A DNA stretch of 64,000 bases. It comes from Desulfobacterales bacterium (GTDB taxonomy: Bacteria > Desulfobacterota > Desulfobacteria > Desulfobacterales > UBA5852). Below are positions 44,054 through 54,579 of the stretch, piece by piece. Position numbers and translations under genes: made by a program. Numbering within the stretch: the first letter of the stretch is position 1; the number at the start of each line of letters is the position of its first letter. The notes under the pieces are model-generated. The model was not told the DNA's origin. It searched no databases and saw only the letters and a program-made list of their open reading frames with translations. The DNA is taken from contig CAXXVS010000003.1 of NCBI GenBank assembly GCA_963674755.2, positions 2,144,001 to 2,208,000 on the forward strand, written 5' to 3'.

Positions 44054-46609
44054 ATGCAACCGATGGATAATTCCGCAAAGCTGAAAACATTCGAGCAGGC
44101 GGTCAAGAACAAGTTTGATGTCTACAACAGCTTGTTTTTGAATCTTCCTTTCCGGGGGATTGGCAATATTGGCATGCTGATTCCCTTGCTGCAGCATGTG
44201 TGCAAGCAGGGCCTCGATGCGGGCAGGGATCCGCTCGGGATCCTGGATGCCTTTTTCGACATTCACACCGGTATCAAGACGGAGCAAGAGAAGATCGATT
44301 TCATGTTTCATGTCATCCGGTATGTCGAACGGCAGATCGTGCTCTACGACAGTGCCGAAGATGCCGCCTTCGAACAGCTGGTGCAGCTCGAGGATCACCT
44401 GTCGCTCAAGGACTGCCTCACCCTGCTGTCCGCCGATGAGAAGAGCTGCAGCCTGTCCGACGACCTGTCCTGTTTCAGCGCCCGCCTGGTATTTACGGCC
44501 CATCCCACCCAGTTCTACTCGCCTTCGGTTTTGAATATCATCGGCCAACTGCGATCCATGATCGCCCGCAACGATATCGATCAGATCGATCTGAAACTCC
44601 AGCAACTGGGATTGACCTCCCTGATCAATGCCCGCAAACCGACCCCCTTTGACGAAGCCCAAAACATCATCTACCTGCTGCGCCATGTGTATTACGAGGC
44701 CGTGGGGGAGCTTTATACGACGGTTAAAAAGACGGTCCGCAACAGCTGTTTCGATTGCCCGGCCATCATCCAGCTGGGCTTCTGGCCGGGGGGCGACCGG
44801 GACGGCAATCCCTTCGTGACCGCGGAAACCACCGCGGCGGTGGCTGACGAACTGCGCATGACCCTGATGAAGTGCTATTACGGCGATGTGGCGCGACTGG
44901 CCCGGAAACTGACCTTCAGAAAGGTGGAGGATGTCCTCGAGAATCTGAGGGAGAGGCTTTACGTGACCATGTTCGACCCGGAGCAAACGATTCGCTATGA
45001 GGAGATTATCGATCCCCTGGCCGATATCAAGGCCTCCCTTATCGAGAACTACAACAGTCTCTATATCGATGAACTGGAAACCCTGATGGACAAGGTCACC
45101 ATCTTCAAGACGCATTTTGCCGCCGTCGATATCCGGCAAAACCACGACGTCCACCGGGACGCCGTGGAAGCCATCCTGAAAAAAGAGAACCTGATCGACC
45201 ACAGTATAGGCGAGTTGGGAGACGCCGAGCTGATCGCCCTGCTGCTGCGCGACGACATCGTGGTGGCGCCCGAGCAGTTCGAAGATCCGCTGATCAAGGA
45301 CACGATCCGGACGACTATGGAGATGAAGCACATCCAGCACAAAAACGGGAGCGAGGGCTGCAACCGGTATATCATCAGCCATGCCGAGGATATCTTCGCG
45401 GTCCTCTTTGTGCTCAGTCTTTTGCGCTGGTGCGGGTGGAGAAAAGGCGGCGTGCCGGTGGACATCATCCCGCTCTTCGAGTCGATGGAGGGTATGCAGA
45501 ACGCCGGCGCCATCATGCAGGCCCTTTTTGACATCCCGTCATACCGGGCGCATATCGCTCAGCGCCGCAACCGGCAGACCATCATGCTGGGATTTTCCGA
45601 CGGTACCAAAGACGGCGGGTATCTGCAGGCTAACTGGTCGATCTATACCACCAAGGAGACCCTGTCGTCGGTTTGCAGTAACTACGGTATCCAGGCCATC
45701 TTCTTTGACGGCCGGGGCGGGCCGCCCGCGCGGGGGGGCGGCAAAACCCATCGCTTTTATGCGTCGCATGGGAAGAATATTGCCAATCATGCCATCCAGC
45801 TCACCATTCAAGGCCAGACCATTACCAGCGTGTACGGCTCCAAAGCCCATTTCAAGCATAACTGCGAACAATTGCTGACCGCCGGGTTGTCGACGCGCTT
45901 ATTTGAAAAAGAAAATACGATTTCCCGGGAAGACCGCCAGATGATCGCGAAGCTGGCCCAGTTGAGCTTCGAGAAGTACGCGGCCCTCAAAAACCACCCC
46001 ATGTTCATTCCCTACCTGGAAAACAAAAGCACGCTGAAATTTTACGGCAAAACCAATATCGGCAGCCGACCGTCCAAAAGGGGCGACAAGGAAGCCCTGG
46101 ACTTCGATGATTTGAGGGCCATTCCGTTTGTGGGGGCTTGGAGTCAGTTGAAGCAGAATGTTCCAGGATACTACGGGATCGGAACGGCACTCCAGACCCT
46201 GGTGGCCGAAGGCAAGACGGATCGATTGCAGCACCTGTTTGATGATGTGCCGTTTTTCAGGGCCTTGATCCTCAACAGCATGATGGCGTTATCCAAATGT
46301 AATTTTGAATTGACAGCTTATATTGCCGAGGATGACGCTTACAAGGAATTCTGGCGCATGCTGTTCGACGAATACCGGCTTTCCAAGAAAATGACCCTGC
46401 TGATTTCCGGATACCGGACCTTGATGGAGGAGGAACCGCTATCGCAAAAATCCATCGCGATCCGGGAACGCATCGTTTTGCCCTTGTTGGTCATCCAGCA
46501 ATATGCGCTGCAAAAAATCGAGATGAATGCCGGGCATCAACCGACCTATGCGAAGATGGTCGAGCGGTCGCTGTACGGCAATATCAATGCCAGTCGGAAT
46601 TCGGCCTAA
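44054..46609 (+). CDS. ppc: Phosphoenolpyruvate carboxylase
   Basis: VFTAHPT, GGDRDGNP, PLFE, MLGFSDGTKDGG, GRGG..ARGGG, LRAIPF, C-terminal RNSA. Confidence 0.95.
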   Translation: MQPMDNSAKLKTFEQAVKNKFDVYNSLFLNLPFRGIGNIGMLIPLLQHVCKQGLDAGRDPLGILDAFFDIHTGIKTEQEKIDFMFHVIRYVERQIVLYDSAEDAAFEQLVQLEDHLSLKDCLTLLSADEKSCSLSDDLSCFSARLVFTAHPTQFYSPSVLNIIGQLRSMIARNDIDQIDLKLQQLGLTSLINARKPTPFDEAQNIIYLLRHVYYEAVGELYTTVKKTVRNSCFDCPAIIQLGFWPGGDRDGNPFVTAETTAAVADELRMTLMKCYYGDVARLARKLTFRKVEDVLENLRERLYVTMFDPEQTIRYEEIIDPLADIKASLIENYNSLYIDELETLMDKVTIFKTHFAAVDIRQNHDVHRDAVEAILKKENLIDHSIGELGDAELIALLLRDDIVVAPEQFEDPLIKDTIRTTMEMKHIQHKNGSEGCNRYIISHAEDIFAVLFVLSLLRWCGWRKGGVPVDIIPLFESMEGMQNAGAIMQALFDIPSYRAHIAQRRNRQTIMLGFSDGTKDGGYLQANWSIYTTKETLSSVCSNYGIQAIFFDGRGGPPARGGGKTHRFYASHGKNIANHAIQLTIQGQTITSVYGSKAHFKHNCEQLLTAGLSTRLFEKENTISREDRQMIAKLAQLSFEKYAALKNHPMFIPYLENKSTLKFYGKTNIGSRPSKRGDKEALDFDDLRAIPFVGAWSQLKQNVPGYYGIGTALQTLVAEGKTDRLQHLFDDVPFFRALILNSMMALSKCNFELTAYIAEDDAYKEFWRMLFDEYRLSKKMTLLISGYRTLMEEEPLSQKSIAIRERIVLPLLVIQQYALQKIEMNAGHQPTYAKMVERSLYGNINASRNSA

Positions 46610-46800
46610 GCCGATTTTGCGCAACAGATTCTTACCGTCCATTTGGGATTGGCTTCACCCAGCATCGCGACAGCAGGAGCAATTCCAGGCTCACGTAAAA
46701 CCGCCAAGCCCGCCAAAAAAGCCGTGGAACGGTATGCCCCCATCTCTGATTTATTCCAATCCGGAAATCGGAACGATTCGTGTTGGCCACCGACCACCTA

Positions 46801-47002
46801 AACCCCTTGCTTTGCCTTCCGGCTTTTAATGGCTAAATCGTTTGCATCCCGCCGCGCACGATAAGATTTTTGACTTATCATTTCATACGGCGCTGAGACT
46901 GGTCTCAGGCTTTCCTTCGTGCAAACGTGGCAAACCAAAAAGCCGGAAAGGGTGTGGTCAGGCACCCCTTCCGGCTCTTTAGCTTCTGCAAACAAAAGGG
47001 GC
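46801..47002. mobile_element. ~200-bp MITE-like element with imperfect terminal inverted repeats and nested hairpins
   Basis: Ends CCCCTTGCTTTGC / GCAAACAAAAGGGG, each flanked by TA; internal CCTTCCGGCT/AGCCGGAAAGG, GATAAG/CTTATC and CTGAGAC/GTCTCAG pairings. Confidence 0.55.
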
Positions 47003-47004
47003 TA

Positions 47005-48321
<1,317 letters not shown>

Positions 48322-48649
48322 AACGGTCCTACGGGAAGCCGATTTCCGGCAGGTTACGGGGGAATTTTGAAACTCGGGAGGCCCGCCTGCGCAGGTCTGA
48401 TTTCGGAATGACAGGCCATACATCATGGAGGGGGCAGGGACGTGACCGGGATCAGGTGAAAAGCAATCGTGGACAGGAAAGCCCAACATGTGTCAGATTG
48501 CAGGGCCGGTGCAAGACAAGGGCGACACGCGGTAAGTTGAATGGCCGCGCAAGTTATCCGAAAAGCCGCGCTTTGCGCTCTGATCCGCCAGCGGGTCTGC
48601 GCCCCGACGATGCGATCCCGCCCGGCGTATACTACAGAGGAAAGCGAGA

Positions 48650-48976
48650 ATGAACCCCGAAATTCTTCATGACGCAGCGCAGCGGCGCTTTTACTGCGCA
48701 ATCGACGGCCGGGAATGCGCGCTATGTTATGACATCAAGGAAGCGGCCCCCGGCATCATGGATATCTTCCGCACCTTCGTTCATCCCGACCTGCGGGGCC
48801 AAAAGTTCGCCGAAGCCCTGCTTCAGAGGGCGATCGCCTTCGCGCGCCAAAGCGGCTTGTCGATACGGCCGAGCTGCTCCTATGTCGCGGTCTATTTTCG
48901 ACGGCACCGCGAACACCAGACCCTGCTGGCAAGCGATGTGGATCTTAAAAGCGGCGGAAGCTGCCGGCTGGCGTGA
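48650..48976 (+). CDS. Small GNAT N-acetyltransferase (YjdJ-like)
   Basis: RTFVHPDLRGQ..A..L, IRPSCSYV. Confidence 0.85.
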   Translation: MNPEILHDAAQRRFYCAIDGRECALCYDIKEAAPGIMDIFRTFVHPDLRGQKFAEALLQRAIAFARQSGLSIRPSCSYVAVYFRRHREHQTLLASDVDLKSGGSCRLA

Positions 48977-49001
48977 GAACGCCGTCTGAAGGGAGTTCGA
49001 T

Positions 49002-49826
49002 ATGGCCCTCTCGGTTGTGGACCTGTATCGCCACGTGCTGCCGCGCACCAATTGCGGCGATTGCGGCTATCCCACCTGCATGGCCTTTGCCAGCATGGTG
49101 GTCTCCAAAAAACTGGCCCTCAAGCTATGCCCCCACCTCTCCGCCGACATTGTGGCGCGTTTCCAGCCGGAGCTGGATGCCCAGCATGCCGCCGGCAAGT
49201 GGACCGAGCGCGACCTGGCCGCCGATGCCCTGAATTGGGCCCGCCAACGGGCCGCTTCCATGGATCCGGCCGACCTGCCGGCGCGCATCGGCGGCGAACT
49301 GATCCAGATCGACGGCGCACCGGTGCTGGCGCTGCCGTACTTCAACACCATCATCCATATCCGCCGCGGCGACATCCGGCGGCCGGACGGGAATAAGCTC
49401 GAGCGCTGGGAGCAGGTGTTCATCTTCAACCACCTGGCCCAGGGCGGGTCCCAACTTCCCACCGGGCGCTGGAAATCCCTGCAGGAGTTTCCCAATACCG
49501 TCTCCAAGATCAAATCCATGGGCAGCCATGTGGAAGCGCCCCTGCGGGAGCGGTTTGCCGGGCGCCGGGACGAGCTGGCGACCGCCGCGCGGCGCCTCGG
49601 CGGCCTGGACATCACGGCCGAATCCGAATCGGCGGATCTGGCGATCCGCTTTCAGCCGCTGCCGCGGGTGCCGGTGCTCTTATTGTTCTGGGATGGCGAT
49701 CCCGATAGCGGATTCACAGCCGAAGTCAAACTGGCCTTTGACGAAACGATCGTTCAGCACCTGGACATCGAATCAATCCTCTTTCTGAGCGAAACCATTG
49801 CCAAAGCGTTGATCGGCGAGCAATGA
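49002..49826 (+). CDS. Fe-S-binding domain plus DUF3786-like domain protein
   Basis: LPRTNCGDCGYPTCMAFA...CP; PLPRVPVLLLFWDGD..F, LDIESI. Confidence 0.82.
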   Translation: MALSVVDLYRHVLPRTNCGDCGYPTCMAFASMVVSKKLALKLCPHLSADIVARFQPELDAQHAAGKWTERDLAADALNWARQRAASMDPADLPARIGGELIQIDGAPVLALPYFNTIIHIRRGDIRRPDGNKLERWEQVFIFNHLAQGGSQLPTGRWKSLQEFPNTVSKIKSMGSHVEAPLRERFAGRRDELATAARRLGGLDITAESESADLAIRFQPLPRVPVLLLFWDGDPDSGFTAEVKLAFDETIVQHLDIESILFLSETIAKALIGEQ

Positions 49827-50059
49827 CGGCTCCCTAAAAAGTCGATAGGCGTCCCTCCTCTTCGTGGATGCAAAACCCCCCATCCCTCCCAACAATCTAT
49901 AGTCCTTAATGGCTTTTCGTATAAATATATTGTTATATAGGATAGTTAACTGTTTAATTTGTTTTTGGCTTTATTTATTAAAAAAATATTGACATAAAAT
50001 TTCAATAAACATAAATCAGAAAGGCAAAAAATTGCTTAAAACAAATCGGAGATGAATAG

Positions 50060-50539
50060 GTGAAAGAGGCGGACATCGATTCGATCGACAAGCAGTTGAT
50101 CAAACTCCTTTCCGAAGACGGCCGCATGCCGGCCAAAGAGCTGGCCCGGAAGCTGGAGGTCTCCGCCCCGACGGTCAACTCCCGGATGAAGGGGCTGATC
50201 CGGCGGGGTATTCTCAAGGTGGCGGGCCTGGTGGATACCTTCAAGGTCAAGGATGTGCTGGTCGCAATCATTGCCATCCGGGTCGACGATGTTTCCAAAA
50301 TGGCCAAAATCATCGATCAGCTGATGGAATTCAAGCAGGTCCACTGGGCGGTGGCGGTGACCGGCCGTTACGACATCTTCGCCGAGGTCATCGTCACCGA
50401 AGGCATCGAGTGGATGTTCAACTTTTACGCGGAAGAAATGAGCAAGCTGGACGGGGTCAGTCATTCCGAGTCGTTTATGGTCACCAACACCCGGCGCAAG
50501 TGGACCCTGCTTCCCCCTGACATCCAGAACTGGGTCTGA
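50060..50539 (+). CDS. Lrp/AsnC family transcriptional regulator
   Basis: IDSIDKQLIKLLSEDGRMP HTH, VTGRYD; AT-rich upstream region with TTGACA at 49989. Confidence 0.93.
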   Translation: MKEADIDSIDKQLIKLLSEDGRMPAKELARKLEVSAPTVNSRMKGLIRRGILKVAGLVDTFKVKDVLVAIIAIRVDDVSKMAKIIDQLMEFKQVHWAVAVTGRYDIFAEVIVTEGIEWMFNFYAEEMSKLDGVSHSESFMVTNTRRKWTLLPPDIQNWV

Positions 50540-50567
50540 CCCGTTGACGGAAACGGCGGCGACAACC

Positions 50568-51635
50568 ATGCGAATCGTAACTGTAGATACCTGGACCGAA
50601 GACCTCGATCTGACACGCCCCTATACCATCGCCTACGAGCGTATCGAGGCCGTGCAGAACCTGTTCGTACGCATCACCTGTGAAAACGGAATGGTCGGTC
50701 TTGGGGCCGGTTCCCCGGCGCCGGACGTGACCGGCGAAGGCCTCCCGGAGGCCGAGGCGGCCCTGGCCGCCCACCTCGAAGCGCTGCTGCTGGGGGCGGA
50801 TATCCGCTGCGGCCGCGCCCTGCTGGGGCGGATTGGCCATGCGCTGGCCGACACGCCGGCCGCCCGCGCCGCCGTGGATATCGCCCTGCACGACCTGATC
50901 GGCAATGTCCTTGGGTTGCCGCTGGTGGAGCTTTTCGGCCGGGTCCACGACACCCTGCCCACCTCGGTCACCATCGGCATCAAACCTTTGGACGAAACCC
51001 TCGATGAAGCCGCTGAGTATATCGGCCGGGGCTTCCGCGTCCTCAAAATCAAAACCGGCCTCGATGTGGCTGAGGATATCGAACGCCTGTGCAAACTGCG
51101 CGAATTTACCGGCCCCCGGGTGGCCATTCGCGTCGATGCCAACCAGGGGTATGACGCATCCGCTTACCGGCGGTTCCTGCGCGAAACCGAAGCGGTGGAC
51201 CTGGAGTTCGTCGAGCAGCCCCTGGAGCGCACGGACCTGGCCGGCATGCGCGCCCTGCCCCGGCCCCTGCGGCGGCAGTCGGCGGCGGACGAGTGCCTGC
51301 TCAGCCCCGAGGATGCCCTGGCCTGCCTCCAGCGCCCCCTGCCGTTCGGGATTTTCAATATCAAATTGATGAAATGCGGCGGCATCGCTCCGGGGCTGGA
51401 GATTGCGTCGATGGCCGACCATGCCGGGGTCGATCTGATGTGGGGCTGCATGGACGAGAGCATTGTCAGCATTGCCGCCGCCCTGCATGCCGCCCTGGCG
51501 GCACCGGCCACCAAATATCTGGATCTGGACGGAAGCCTCGACCTGGCCCGGGATATCGTCCAGGGCGGCTTCATTGTCGAAAACGGCTGCCTGCGCCCCA
51601 CCGACCGGCCCGGCCTGGGCGTTACACCGCTCTGA
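50568..51635 (+). CDS. Dipeptide epimerase / N-acyl-amino-acid racemase (enolase superfamily, DgcA/AEE-like)
   Basis: KIK, RVDANQG, EQP, ADE, NIKLMKCGG, GCMDES, DLDG. Confidence 0.92.
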   Translation: MRIVTVDTWTEDLDLTRPYTIAYERIEAVQNLFVRITCENGMVGLGAGSPAPDVTGEGLPEAEAALAAHLEALLLGADIRCGRALLGRIGHALADTPAARAAVDIALHDLIGNVLGLPLVELFGRVHDTLPTSVTIGIKPLDETLDEAAEYIGRGFRVLKIKTGLDVAEDIERLCKLREFTGPRVAIRVDANQGYDASAYRRFLRETEAVDLEFVEQPLERTDLAGMRALPRPLRRQSAADECLLSPEDALACLQRPLPFGIFNIKLMKCGGIAPGLEIASMADHAGVDLMWGCMDESIVSIAAALHAALAAPATKYLDLDGSLDLARDIVQGGFIVENGCLRPTDRPGLGVTPL

Positions 51636-51730
51636 TGGACGGCCGGCATGGGAAAAAGACACGCGTCATCGGTCGTTGCGGAAATGAAACCCAACAACCA
51701 GACACTCATTCCCCCTGCGAGGGAGGCACT

Positions 51731-52831
51731 ATGATGGGGTCGGCGATTATTTTGACCAACGGCAGTCTGGCGCATGCGGATGCCAAAACCGCCCACGGAC
51801 TGATCCGGGGCACCGAACGGTTCACCATTGTCGGCGTGATCGACGCCAATCATGCCGGCCGGGATGCCGGGGAGGTGCTCGACGGCCTCCGGCGCGGCAT
51901 CCCGGTATATGCCAGCGTCGATGACTTCATCCAGAGCACCGGCACCACGCCCGACTATGGCATCATCGGGGTGGCCCTGAGCGGCGGCCGGCTAGACGAG
52001 GAATGGCAGGCCCTGCTGCTGGACGCCATGGGCCACGGGATTTCGGTGGTCAACGGCATGCATATGCTGCTGGGCGATATTCCGGCCTTTCGACGGGCGG
52101 CCGAGGAGCACCAGGTGTCGATCGTGGACATCCGGCGGATCACGCCCTTCGATCAGCGCCACTACTGGTCCGGGCGCATTTTCGAGATGACGGTGCCGCG
52201 TATAGCGGTGCTGGGGCTCGATTGCGCCATCGGCAAACGCACCACCTGCCGGCTGCTGATGGAGGCCTGCCGGCGGGAAGGCATCAAGGCCGAAATGATC
52301 TACACCGGCCAGACCGGATGGCTTCAGGGCAGCCCCTATGGCTTTATCCTGGATGCCACCCTCAACGACTTTGTGAGCGGGGAACTGGAGGCGGCCGTGG
52401 TCCGTTGTGAAACCGAGGCCCAGCCGGATCTGATTCTGATCGAAGGCCAGTCCGGTCTGCAGAATCCCATGGGGCCCTGCGGTTCGGAAATCATCAAATC
52501 GGCCAACACCAAGGGCGTGATCCTGCAGCATGCGCCATTCCGGAAATTTATCGACGGCCTGGAAGCCTGCGGCGGCTGCCTGCCGGAGGTCGAGGACGAG
52601 ATCCGTCTGATCGCCATGTACGGGGCGCGGGTCCTGGCCGTGACCCTCAACGGGGAGGGCGGGACGCCCGCCGACCTGGCCGCTTATGCCGCCGAGCTGC
52701 AGGCGCGGATCGATGTGCCGGTGATCATGCCCCTGGAAGAGGGGCTGGACCGTCTGATACCCGTGGTTCGGCAATTTATGCAGGCGCATGCCGACTATCC
52801 CGACACGGTCGTGCGCCAACGGGTGAATTAG
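51731..52831 (+). CDS. DUF1611 protein (DgcN-like)
   Basis: AKTAHGLIR, NGMH, GLDCAIGKRTT, YTGQTG, DFVSGELE, IEGQSGL; ATG after GGAGG. Confidence 0.9.
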   Translation: MMGSAIILTNGSLAHADAKTAHGLIRGTERFTIVGVIDANHAGRDAGEVLDGLRRGIPVYASVDDFIQSTGTTPDYGIIGVALSGGRLDEEWQALLLDAMGHGISVVNGMHMLLGDIPAFRRAAEEHQVSIVDIRRITPFDQRHYWSGRIFEMTVPRIAVLGLDCAIGKRTTCRLLMEACRREGIKAEMIYTGQTGWLQGSPYGFILDATLNDFVSGELEAAVVRCETEAQPDLILIEGQSGLQNPMGPCGSEIIKSANTKGVILQHAPFRKFIDGLEACGGCLPEVEDEIRLIAMYGARVLAVTLNGEGGTPADLAAYAAELQARIDVPVIMPLEEGLDRLIPVVRQFMQAHADYPDTVVRQRVN

Positions 52832-52851
52832 AGTCGGCAGGGAGAACTCGC

Positions 52852-54480
52852 ATGTTTGATATCATCATCCGCAACGGGCGGATCATCGACGGCAGCGGGG
52901 CCTCCGCTTTCACGGCCGATGTGGGCATCATGGGGGACACGATCGTTGAAATTGCTCCCCGCCTCGAGGCGGCGGCGCATACCACCATCGATGCCGCCGG
53001 CAAGGCCGTCAGTCCGGGATTCATCGATATCCATACCCATTCCGATTTCAGCCTCTATCTGGATCCCCGGGCGGAAAGCAAGGTTGCCCAGGGGGTTACC
53101 ACCGAGGTGACTGGCAATTGCGGCGGCTCACCGGCGCCGGTGCTCGACACGCACCGGGACGAATGCATGGAGTATATGGCCAGTCTGGGGGGAACCTACA
53201 AGCAAGGCCTGCCTCCCGGCGCCTGGAACTGGGGAACCCTGGACGCCTTTTTCGAAGATTTGTACGGCAGGGGGGTGGCCCTGAATGCGGTGCCGCTGGT
53301 GGGCCATGCCACCCTGCGCAGCAATATCATGGGGTATGCGAGCGGTCCTCCGTCGCCCGACGAACTCCAGCAGATGAAACGGTTGTTGACCATCGAGCTG
53401 GAAAAAGGCGCCTTCGGGCTTTCATCGGGACTGATCTATCACCCGGGCGCCTTTGCCGTCACCGCGGAACTTGCCGCCCTGGCCGCGGTGGTGACCGCGG
53501 TGGACGGGGTCTACAGCACCCATATGCGCAGTGAGGGCCGCTTTTTGTTCGAGGCTGTCGCCGAGGCACTGGCGGTGGCCCGCCAATCCGGTGTTTCCCT
53601 GGAAATTTCGCACCTCAAATGTGAAACCCCCTCCCGCTGGGGCCAGGCCGGAGCCTTGCTGGACACAATCGACCAGGCCCGGGCCGAGGGGCTGCGGGTC
53701 GATTTCGATCAATATCCCTACACGGCCTATTCCACAGGGCTCTTGGAACTTTTTCCAGTTTGGGCTAAAGAAAACGGCGCGCCGCGGATGGTGGAAGCCC
53801 TTACCGATCCGGAGCAGCGCCGGGCGGTGACCCGGGACATGATTCACCCCGCCGATGATTGGGACAATCCCATGGAGGGACTGGACTGGGAGCAGATCCG
53901 CATCGTGGGCTACGGACAGCCCCAAAACCGGGAGCTCAACGGCCTGAGCGTGGCTGCCATGGCCGCCCAGCGGGGGCAGGTGCCCCTGGAGGCGGTCTTC
54001 GATGTCTTTATCGAGGAACAAGGGCGGCTGGGCATGATCGTCTTTTCCATGTGCGAAGATGACCTGGCGACGATTCTCAGCCACCCGGCGGGGATGATCG
54101 GATCGGACGGCCGCGCGGTTTCCCCCACCGGCCTGTTCAGCCGCAGCCCGGTGCACCCGCGGTTTTACGGAACCTTCCCGCGGGTGCTGGGCCGTTACGC
54201 GCGGGAGAAGAAAATCATCTCCTTGGAGACGGCGGTCCGCAAAATGACCGGGCTGCCGGCCCGCAAACTGGGCCTGAAGCGCCGCGGCCTGCTCCAGACC
54301 GGTATGGCGGCCGATATCGCGGTCTTCGATCCGGCCACGGTGGCGGACGGTGCCTCTTTCGAAACGCCCCATCATTATCCCCTGGGCATTCCTTACGTTC
54401 TGGTCAACGGCCAGACCGTGATAGAAAACGGCCAACACACCGGACGGCTTCCCGGCCGGCGGCTGCGCCGGGGAGAATAG
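52852..54480 (+). CDS. N-acyl-D-amino-acid deacylase family amidohydrolase
   Basis: PGFIDIHTHSD, GNCG, THMRSEG, ISHLK, GSDG, HPRFYGTFPR. Confidence 0.92.
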   Translation: MFDIIIRNGRIIDGSGASAFTADVGIMGDTIVEIAPRLEAAAHTTIDAAGKAVSPGFIDIHTHSDFSLYLDPRAESKVAQGVTTEVTGNCGGSPAPVLDTHRDECMEYMASLGGTYKQGLPPGAWNWGTLDAFFEDLYGRGVALNAVPLVGHATLRSNIMGYASGPPSPDELQQMKRLLTIELEKGAFGLSSGLIYHPGAFAVTAELAALAAVVTAVDGVYSTHMRSEGRFLFEAVAEALAVARQSGVSLEISHLKCETPSRWGQAGALLDTIDQARAEGLRVDFDQYPYTAYSTGLLELFPVWAKENGAPRMVEALTDPEQRRAVTRDMIHPADDWDNPMEGLDWEQIRIVGYGQPQNRELNGLSVAAMAAQRGQVPLEAVFDVFIEEQGRLGMIVFSMCEDDLATILSHPAGMIGSDGRAVSPTGLFSRSPVHPRFYGTFPRVLGRYAREKKIISLETAVRKMTGLPARKLGLKRRGLLQTGMAADIAVFDPATVADGASFETPHHYPLGIPYVLVNGQTVIENGQHTGRLPGRRLRRGE

Positions 54481-54579
54481 CACCCGAATACGCTTAAACG
54501 AATTTGCCATCTGCGCAATTGTCCTATTTACGAGGGAGAGGGGTTCACCACTAATTACGGTACCCAGAAGGAGGGAACA

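Noticed and set aside
46860..46990. c-di-GMP-I riboswitch suggested by GGCAAAC and GAAA
   Set aside because: The P1/P2 layout and tetraloop receptor could not be built; terminal repeats favour a MITE-like element.
49824..49845. GACGGCTCCCTAAAAAGTC resembling an IS/MITE end
   Set aside because: Short, degenerate and without a partner end.
51293..51730. N-terminal extension of the DUF1611 ORF (likewise those of the DMT and kinase ORFs)
   Set aside because: They overlap upstream genes or leaders; downstream ATGs at 51731, 60243 and 61433 fit the domain starts better.
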